Source: Bacilli bacterium
GTDB taxonomy: Bacteria > Bacillota_I > Bacilli_A > RF39 > UBA660
Direction: 5' to 3'
Length of the DNA stretch: 64,000 bases
NCBI GenBank assembly: GCA_017544165.1
Contig: JAFYER010000012.1
Location: forward strand, 131,538 to 195,537
Positions 57,675-64,000 of the stretch are shown here, in pieces (within the stretch, counting starts at the first letter, position 1; each line of letters opens with the position of its first letter). Made by a program: the position numbers and the translations under genes. Under the pieces are notes generated by a model, which was not told where the DNA came from, made no database searches, and worked only from the letters and a program-made list of their open reading frames with translations.

Positions 57675-59669
57675 TTAAACGCCAAAAGAAAATAAGTAAT
57701 AAAAGAACAAAAAGGCTTTTTTGTAAATATTATATTTAACAAGTACAAAACCATCAGTAAAAAATGTTAAAAAATTATATATTATGCCAATAATAACTAA
57801 AAATACCATAGTTTTAAAAATTAACTCTTTATAATTATTACAATTATTATATAAATTCATCCATATTATGACAGAACTTATTGATAGCATAAAACCAAAA
57901 TCGCAAATGTATCTTGGCAATATACCAGCCATTTGAACGTCGGCAATTATAAGGATTATTGAAAAAATAATGGCGCATAAACTAATGTAAAACTCTTCTT
58001 TATGGCTAATATACTTTTTAAATTTGAAAATAAATAAATTAATAATTGTTAACATATTTAAAATAGCAAAACCGCCAATCATTTGCTCATAAATGGTAAT
58101 TCCAATATAATTGCTATCTATATTATAAGCGTGTATAAATGGAAACACTAAATTAACACGGGGAATTTCAAATAAAAAAGCAAATACACCTGAAGCAATT
58201 CGATCAAAATAAAAACCTCTTTTTGTCATATCATTGCTTGTTAAATTAAAATTAACTCCGAAATTAAAAACAGAATGATATCTAACATAATTATAATACA
58301 TTAAAAGGCCCGCTGATATTATCATTGGAATGGCTATTGCTAGTATATTTTTAACTTTAAAAGCCTCTTTGTTTTTTAAATATTTCCAAAAAATAGGTAT
58401 GCCTAGAAAAGCTGCTAAAAATATCTGAGGACGACATCCAGGCACTAAAGCAAGAGCAATACTACCTATCAATAAATCCTTAGTACAAATCTTTTTATCA
58501 TCTCTTGCAGCTTTTAACCAAAATCCTAAACCAAGCATAGCAAATGCAGCTCCAAAGGTTATTGGAATTCCATAAAAGAATCCTTTCCTAATTACCATTG
58601 AAATGCCAGACAAAACTGCTACTGATATAGCACAAACAAAATAATGCTTAAATTTTGCTTTGGGATAAAATCGATTAAATAATTGATATGTTACAAAAAA
58701 GCCTGCTATAACATAGAAAATGCAAGACATAGTAACAGCAAGCGAATTATTTAAATCATGATGAGTGATTAAATAAAACGGAAGATGCATAAATAAACAA
58801 GGTACAATTCCAAAATAAGAATAATATTTGCCATTATAAAATGAATAATCTAGGTAATAATCCTCATTTACTTTTAACTGTCTATCTCTAACAGATACAT
58901 CATAAGGATTTTTTAAAGCTAATAACTTATCAGAAACTTCCAAATCAAGAGTAATCTTTCCCTTAGCAAGAGTTCTTGCCAATACCTGATATTGATAAAA
59001 ATGAGTTATGTGATCAAAATCATATTTATCTTTACCATAATTTGAAAAATTAACAAAAAAATAAATTCCCAAAGAGATTATACCGATACATATTACAATA
59101 AAGGAAAGATATTCTTTATAATTTTTTTCAAATGGTTTAAGTATTTTTATATATGTACATATAAAAGAAATAATAAAAACCATACAAACTCTTATATAAT
59201 TTATTATAATTGGAACTTTAGCATTTAAGGATATGCTTTTAATGTTAGCATCATTAGTTGAACGAATTTTTATCTTAAGGCTATCTAATTTTCCCATTGG
59301 ATGAAGAGAAATATATTTTGTTTGTTTAATGCTATCCACTATTATAACATTACCTGCATCATAAAACTCATCATTGCCCTCATCTTTAAGCATTATCAAT
59401 AACTCGCTTGGGTCTTTCGAAGTACCATTGATATAAATGTTATATACATCTTTTTTAATATCATTTATTTCAATGATTTCCGATTCTTGTATATTAATTT
59501 CAACGTTATTACTAAAATAATAATTTTTATTTATCTCCTTATTAATATCAAATTTTATTGTTTTTGGATAAAATAGTGATTTATAATGCTTAATATTAAA
59601 AACAGTAAATTCTAAACCTACGGCAATTAAAATACTGATTATTATTATCTTTATAATATTTTTATTCAT
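57675..59669 (-). CDS. polytopic integral membrane protein, GT-C-fold glycosyltransferase-like (or polysaccharide polymerase-like)
   Basis: N-terminal TM helix, a ~150-aa extracytoplasmic domain, and then ≥12 TM helices. The first extracytoplasmic loop carries the acidic motif GKDKYDFDH. The start is set at the ATG at 59669. Confidence 0.45.
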   Translation of the reverse strand: MNKNIIKIIIISILIAVGLEFTVFNIKHYKSLFYPKTIKFDINKEINKNYYFSNNVEINIQESEIIEINDIKKDVYNIYINGTSKDPSELLIMLKDEGNDEFYDAGNVIIVDSIKQTKYISLHPMGKLDSLKIKIRSTNDANIKSISLNAKVPIIINYIRVCMVFIISFICTYIKILKPFEKNYKEYLSFIVICIGIISLGIYFFVNFSNYGKDKYDFDHITHFYQYQVLARTLAKGKITLDLEVSDKLLALKNPYDVSVRDRQLKVNEDYYLDYSFYNGKYYSYFGIVPCLFMHLPFYLITHHDLNNSLAVTMSCIFYVIAGFFVTYQLFNRFYPKAKFKHYFVCAISVAVLSGISMVIRKGFFYGIPITFGAAFAMLGLGFWLKAARDDKKICTKDLLIGSIALALVPGCRPQIFLAAFLGIPIFWKYLKNKEAFKVKNILAIAIPMIISAGLLMYYNYVRYHSVFNFGVNFNLTSNDMTKRGFYFDRIASGVFAFLFEIPRVNLVFPFIHAYNIDSNYIGITIYEQMIGGFAILNMLTIINLFIFKFKKYISHKEEFYISLCAIIFSIILIIADVQMAGILPRYICDFGFMLSISSVIIWMNLYNNCNNYKELIFKTMVFLVIIGIIYNFLTFFTDGFVLVKYNIYKKAFLFFYYLFSFGV

Positions 59670-60612
59670 ATTTTGTTTCTCTCTTAATTTTTTTATTAAT
59701 AAAATAGATGAATGGTTTAGCAAGAATTATCGATAATTTCCTATTTTTGCTTCTTCTTTTTTGACGCATATAATAACTTTGTAAAGAATCGTTTCGATAA
59801 CTTAGCAGCTTATTTGAGTCATCACTATCTTTTAAAATGGGACTAGTATAATTTTTCTCACCAAAAACAAGTGTTAAAACATATTTCCAACTTAACCCAT
59901 GATACTTTAAAATGTTTGCACGTAATTCATTGTAAGAACACCGACATGTTTCTCCCCCACCAATGTTAATAATCTTATTGTTTAATTTATTAAATTTATC
60001 TATACATGCACAAAAAGCATATCCAGCATCCTCCTTAGTAATTACTTCAATTTGCTCATTACCCTTGATATTATAAATAAATGGATCTTTACGAAGGTCT
60101 CCTAAAACTAAAGGAACTCTTATTATTATATAATTCTTAACTTTTTTACTTATAATCTTTTCACTAGCAATTTTTGCATTATCAAAATAACGATTATCTC
60201 CTATTCTAAGTTTTTCATGAATATCTGTTATATCTTTACTATATACACTTGTCGAAGAAGCATATATTAATAAACATTTCGGATTATAATAATTAATTGC
60301 TCGAACAATATTTTCTGTGCTTGAATAATCAATTAAATTTACTAACGCTTTTTTATACTCTGCTAAAGGCGGTAAACATGTAGCAAGATGAATCACTATG
60401 TTAGCCTCTTTTATAAGTGGCTCGAGTAAATTGCGATCTAAAACATCGCCATAAATAATATTAATCCGATGACGATAGCGATGTAATCTTTTATAAACAT
60501 TCTTGGTTTTTAAATCTAAAGCAGTAATTTCATATTTACCTTCAGATAATAAGTATTTAATCAAAGATAAGCCAACACTTCCAGCTGCTCCTGTTACTAA
60601 AACTTTTTTCAT
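59662..60612 (-). CDS. NAD-dependent epimerase/dehydratase (SDR, nucleotide-sugar modifying)
   Basis: Rossmann motif VLVTGAAGSVG, the extended-SDR family YxxxK catalytic motif, and a sugar-nucleotide epimerase-like C-terminal region. Confidence 0.7.
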   Translation of the reverse strand: MKKVLVTGAAGSVGLSLIKYLLSEGKYEITALDLKTKNVYKRLHRYRHRINIIYGDVLDRNLLEPLIKEANIVIHLATCLPPLAEYKKALVNLIDYSSTENIVRAINYYNPKCLLIYASSTSVYSKDITDIHEKLRIGDNRYFDNAKIASEKIISKKVKNYIIIRVPLVLGDLRKDPFIYNIKGNEQIEVITKEDAGYAFCACIDKFNKLNNKIINIGGGETCRCSYNELRANILKYHGLSWKYVLTLVFGEKNYTSPILKDSDDSNKLLSYRNDSLQSYYMRQKRRSKNRKLSIILAKPFIYFINKKIKRETKYE

Positions 60613-60651
60613 ATCAATACCTCATATAACAAAATTTTATCACAAAAAAAG

Positions 60652-61278
60652 CTAACATTCTACAACGTTAGCTTCAAAAACTGCTCTATATGCTTTAAAA
60701 TCATTTTGATATTGATAAACATCTTCTAGCCATTTAAATGTTATTTTTGCTTTCCAATAATCGGTTTTAGTAATATTCTTATCAGCTGTTATACTATTTT
60801 TATAAACATTGGAACCATTTTTAATAGGAACCTTTATCACACCAGTTTTAGTAGTAATATCCATGTTAGATATGATACTTTCGTAATTAATTCCATCTTC
60901 AGATTTTATAATGTTTAACACAAGTTCAGGAACTCCTTCTTTTGAATAATGAAACACTTGCTCATCTGGTAAAGTAATTTTAGTTTCATAACAATAAGTT
61001 GCACTTTTATTTGTTGTATCAAGTACAATATTAAAAGTTGCTTCACCAGACACATCATGGCCTTCATAAATTGCAAAATTATTAGAATCAGCTATAAAAC
61101 TTGCATCAGCTTTCTCAAATTTTAATGTATCTACCCCTTTGGAGGTTACATCAATTTGAAATGTGCCATCATATAATTCCCTAGTCGAAAAATAAGCGTA
61201 TGTTCCAACCACAAATAAAAGTGATGCAAATAAAATAGATAATAGTGTCCATATTATTGCTTTATTCTTTCTTGACAT
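60652..61278 (-). CDS. secreted protein with SipW-cognate (TasA/camelysin-type) signal peptide
   Basis: Strong RBS AAGGAGGT. The signal MSRKNKAIIWTLLSILFASLLFVVGTYAYFSTRELYDGTF matches the GGGTFAYFSD signature of the TasA/CalY class. The ~180-aa mature domain has Cys at mid-sequence and at the C-terminus (...ANVVEC). Confidence 0.6.
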   Translation of the reverse strand: MSRKNKAIIWTLLSILFASLLFVVGTYAYFSTRELYDGTFQIDVTSKGVDTLKFEKADASFIADSNNFAIYEGHDVSGEATFNIVLDTTNKSATYCYETKITLPDEQVFHYSKEGVPELVLNIIKSEDGINYESIISNMDITTKTGVIKVPIKNGSNVYKNSITADKNITKTDYWKAKITFKWLEDVYQYQNDFKAYRAVFEANVVEC

Positions 61279-61308
61279 AATACCTCCTTTTTTTTATTTA
61301 TCAATTGT

Positions 61309-63111
61309 CTAACTAATTGTATATGGATTATTCCATGTACCTCTTCCACCTGTTAATGCTGTATCAGCTTTAAGATACAAGACGGGGCGGACCCCAATGT
61401 CAACATTAATATCATCATCACTAATAACGTATTCTTGGCCCAAAGTTCCACCAGATCTCGTTGTAAATACTTCATACGAACTACCAGAATATGGACTAAT
61501 TGTCCATTGATAAGCCCCATATGATCCAGGAGCCGTTGAAGTAATATTTTGAAACAATAACCAATCATTTAACGCACAATCCGTCTTATAACTACCAGTA
61601 CCCCATCCACTCATTTGATATTCTAAACATGTACTTCGATTATAGGTGCTTCCACCATTAGTGGCATAACCATAATCACTTGGATACATTAATCCTATCT
61701 TCCCATACCAATAAACTGCTCTATTTTCTAATAATGACGTATGAGTATATACGGAACCAGAATTACTTATATTTCTTTCTTTATTATATAATGCTGCCGG
61801 ACTTCCTTCAGTCGCTGTTGAATAACTGCTTGTTCCATATAAATTCCAATTTACTGAAGCGACTTTTTCTAATGCACTAGTTCCTATTTTCTTTGGAACT
61901 GTACCTGATGTGTTAGTATAGCTACTTGTCGTAGCACTACTTGGTTTATACACGGTTGTTGTTGAATTTGATTCATTCAAATAATCATATCCAAAGGAAT
62001 AAAACTGTATATTATTTAATCTTGCTTGACCTTGCAAAACACTATAATCACCATGTAAATTTGTATAATTCGCATCATAAGCACTATATAAATAATAAGG
62101 ACCATTTAGCATTAAACTTAGTTGACTATCACTCCATTCATTAGAACCATATGGAGTAATTGAAGAGCCAACTCCCGTTTGCTTATAATCCCATAAAAAA
62201 TTGCCTAAAGAAGCGTTTCTTATAATTTTGACCAAATTGCCTGTAGAGGTGTTATTACATTCGTTAAAATAACCATATGTTCCTGTACAATATGTCATAT
62301 CAGGCATTACACCAATTATCCGCCAAAGTTCTCCATTAAACTGAATATAATTATCAGGATTTTTACCGGCATATCTTAATTCGCCTTCATGATCTGATGT
62401 TAATATCCATGGACTACTTGATACCGCATCAGTTCCACTTCTTGGAGCATTATTTGCAATATAATCAGTTAATAACATTGTATGAGGAGCAGATGAGCAT
62501 GAAACATTTTCAATAGATACTTTGCTTTTATATGAAGCATTATACATTGTTTGATTTAAATCTAGATTATAAAATGACTGAGTAACTGTGTATACTTGGG
62601 TATTTAAAGAACCATGTGAAGAAATTGATCTAGTAGCAATCGTATTACCACTTGTTAACGAATCGATGTTAGTTTCCGCAAAAACAGTGGTGGAATTTTC
62701 ATCGGCGATTGATAAAGTATTTTCTTTTAAACTACCTCGTCCAGTTGTAGGCACATATGTATCTGAATCTGCAAGTTTAGTCCAAACAAAACTGAATGTA
62801 CATGTTATTTCCTCAAGGGGCGTTCCACCGATAAGAGAAACTTCAATTGTCTCATTTGCTGATATAGGCACTGTATTATTAGCTTGAGAAGGAAGCATAT
62901 CAGCATCAGTAACATCTAAAATTAAATCACCACTTGGAACAGCAGTAAAAATAGGAATCATCGATTCATCAATATTAGCGGAAACGTTTATATTACCATT
63001 ACCAACAATGTTTCCACTAAAAAAAGCATATGTAAAGGAAATAACAATTACAATAAGTACTAATAGAGATATAACAATAAAAATAGTATTTTGTTTTCTA
63101 GTGTTAATCAC
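61309..63111 (-). CDS. large secreted S/T/N/Y/G-rich protein with SipW-cognate signal peptide (GTG start)
   Basis: MINTRKQNTIFIVISLLVLIVIVISFTYAFFSGNIVGNGN. The 600-aa sequence is dominated by Ser/Thr/Asn/Tyr/Gly with many N-x-S/T sites. The GTG start has GGTGGAG upstream. Confidence 0.55.
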   Translation of the reverse strand: MINTRKQNTIFIVISLLVLIVIVISFTYAFFSGNIVGNGNINVSANIDESMIPIFTAVPSGDLILDVTDADMLPSQANNTVPISANETIEVSLIGGTPLEEITCTFSFVWTKLADSDTYVPTTGRGSLKENTLSIADENSTTVFAETNIDSLTSGNTIATRSISSHGSLNTQVYTVTQSFYNLDLNQTMYNASYKSKVSIENVSCSSAPHTMLLTDYIANNAPRSGTDAVSSSPWILTSDHEGELRYAGKNPDNYIQFNGELWRIIGVMPDMTYCTGTYGYFNECNNTSTGNLVKIIRNASLGNFLWDYKQTGVGSSITPYGSNEWSDSQLSLMLNGPYYLYSAYDANYTNLHGDYSVLQGQARLNNIQFYSFGYDYLNESNSTTTVYKPSSATTSSYTNTSGTVPKKIGTSALEKVASVNWNLYGTSSYSTATEGSPAALYNKERNISNSGSVYTHTSLLENRAVYWYGKIGLMYPSDYGYATNGGSTYNRSTCLEYQMSGWGTGSYKTDCALNDWLLFQNITSTAPGSYGAYQWTISPYSGSSYEVFTTRSGGTLGQEYVISDDDINVDIGVRPVLYLKADTALTGGRGTWNNPYTIS

Positions 63112-63180
63112 TTTAACTCCACCCTAATATAATAATAACACATTCCTACTAAAACTTTCAATTATTATTTTACCATGCAT

Positions 63181-63210
63181 AAAAAAAGCGACCATAAAAG
63201 GTCGGTTTTT
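63181..63210 (-). terminator. candidate rho-independent terminator after the first TasA-like gene
   Basis: GC-rich 5-bp stem CGACC/GGTCG with a 6-nt loop, followed on the minus strand by TTTTTTTA. Confidence 0.4.
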
Positions 63211-63222
63211 ATTTAAAGATAA

Positions 63223-63852
63223 CTAACATTGAACTTCGTCAACGAAGAATTTAATTTTCCAAGTCTTTCCAGAATTATCATTTTGACTTACATTGAAGTT
63301 ATAAAACTTTGTTTCAATTGTGTACTCTTTAGTTGTTCCACCAGTAGTATGATTATCTGTAATACTATCAGAACCAACTAATTGTGCTGATGTTTCACTA
63401 CTATTAACGATTTGAGTTTCAGCCTTAAAGTTAGCGTTACCAGTAGCAGTTACCTTATATGTAAATTCATTTCCTGTAATACCTGTAGTCTTAGTATATT
63501 CTTCAGTGCCAGTATCCCATTGATATTTAATTTTATAAGTACATGTCAAGCTTTCGGTTGTACCAGCAGTAAATGTTACATTAAAATGACCACTATCATA
63601 TGCAGATGTTGCTGCAAGATTTCCAGCTGAAGTACCATTTGCTTGAACCATATTAGCAGCTGTAACATTCATTTTTATTTCAGCTCCAGTGGAAATAAAT
63701 GAACTACTTGAAGAAGCAGTTGTAGCTGTTAAATTAGCAACATTATTTACATTAGCACTATTTGCGAAATATGCAAATGTAGCTCCTACTACGGCAACTA
63801 ATAAAGTAGCAATAGCAATTACAGTTAATAATAATGTATTCCTCTTTTCCAT
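63223..63852 (-). CDS. secreted TasA/camelysin-like protein with SipW-cognate signal peptide
   Basis: RBS AAAGGAGA 8 nt upstream of the ATG at 63852. MEKRNTLLLTVIAIATLLVAVVGATFAYFANS. The mature domain is a paralogue of 60652..61278, with an internal Cys (LTCTYK) and a C-terminal Cys (FVDEVQC). Confidence 0.6.
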   Translation of the reverse strand: MEKRNTLLLTVIAIATLLVAVVGATFAYFANSANVNNVANLTATTASSSSSFISTGAEIKMNVTAANMVQANGTSAGNLAATSAYDSGHFNVTFTAGTTESLTCTYKIKYQWDTGTEEYTKTTGITGNEFTYKVTATGNANFKAETQIVNSSETSAQLVGSDSITDNHTTGGTTKEYTIETKFYNFNVSQNDNSGKTWKIKFFVDEVQC

Positions 63853-63876
63853 TATTGTTATCTCCTTTCTATTATA

Positions 63877-63937
63877 AATATTAACATATTTAATAACCAT
63901 TAATCAAGTGTTTTTCATAAATAATTAACATATTTAA
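63877..63937. repeat. two direct copies of ATTAACATATTTAA (63880..63893 and 63924..63937) upstream of the TasA-like gene
   Basis: Exact 14-mers 44 bp apart, each preceded by ATAAAT(A), i.e. a ~20-bp imperfect direct repeat. They lie in the promoter/5' UTR region of 63223..63852. Confidence 0.5.
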
Positions 63938-64000
63938 CACCTTATATTACCTGTTACAATGTGAGCTGATAAACTCTTACCAGAAAAATCAGTTTGCACC

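Noticed and set aside
63941-64000. Possible 3' end of another minus-strand gene running off the window end (a stop near 63942..63944 in one frame).
   Set aside because: The fragment is too short (<20 codons) and the frame is ambiguous, so it was not called. This is where a sipW-like gene might be expected, but nothing can be inferred from 60 nt.

Overview
This is a very AT-rich (GC roughly 30% by eye), densely packed chromosomal segment of a low-GC, endospore-forming Firmicute. Almost every gene is on the minus strand, and most are core housekeeping genes. In order of coordinates they are: tex (partial), small membrane and stress proteins, two tRNAs (Leu-UAG, Ile2/Met-CAU), a small cassette of unknown genes, the queuosine genes tgt, queA and queH, ftsK, trmL, frr, an anaerobic ribonucleotide reductase locus (trxB-like, nrdD, nrdG and a second nrdD-like gene), tsf-rpsB, ftsQ-murB-murG, efp, rpmG, a PBP2 gene, nfo, an orphan type IV pilin, ylbD/ylbE-like genes, parC-parE, the nusA-infB-rbfA-truB operon, the classic sporulation/division cluster ftsA-ftsZ-spoIIGA-sigE-sigG, infC-rpmI-rplT, recA, dnaI-dnaB, and finally a cluster of secreted proteins carrying SipW-cognate (TasA/camelysin-type) signal peptides next to an epimerase and a polytopic GT-C-like membrane protein. 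No rRNA, CRISPR array, transposase or integrase is visible. Six things stand out. (1) The RNR locus has NrdD fused at its C-terminus to a Cys-rich segment and a glutaredoxin/NrdH-like CPNC domain, sits beside a TrxB-like reductase, and is paired with a second ATP-cone NrdD paralogue that lacks the glycyl-radical and Zn-ribbon domain. (2) A nearly identical ~35-aa Rho_N/SAP-like module is appended to the C-termini of both ribosomal protein S2 and L20, forming a ~105-bp dispersed DNA repeat. (3) A ~0.5-kb insertion carrying a KilA-N-domain gene, flanked by perfect 26-bp direct repeats that duplicate the recA 3' end, lies between recA and infC. (4) A TasA-like locus has three SipW-cognate proteins, two of them paralogues with a conserved Cys pair and one a 600-aa S/T/N/Y/G-rich protein, next to glycosylation-type genes; tandem direct repeats sit upstream and no sipW is in the window. 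(5) infC appears to start on a non-AUG (ATA) codon with a structured leader, and RimP is truncated. (6) A tRNA-adjacent two-gene cassette of unknown function is present.
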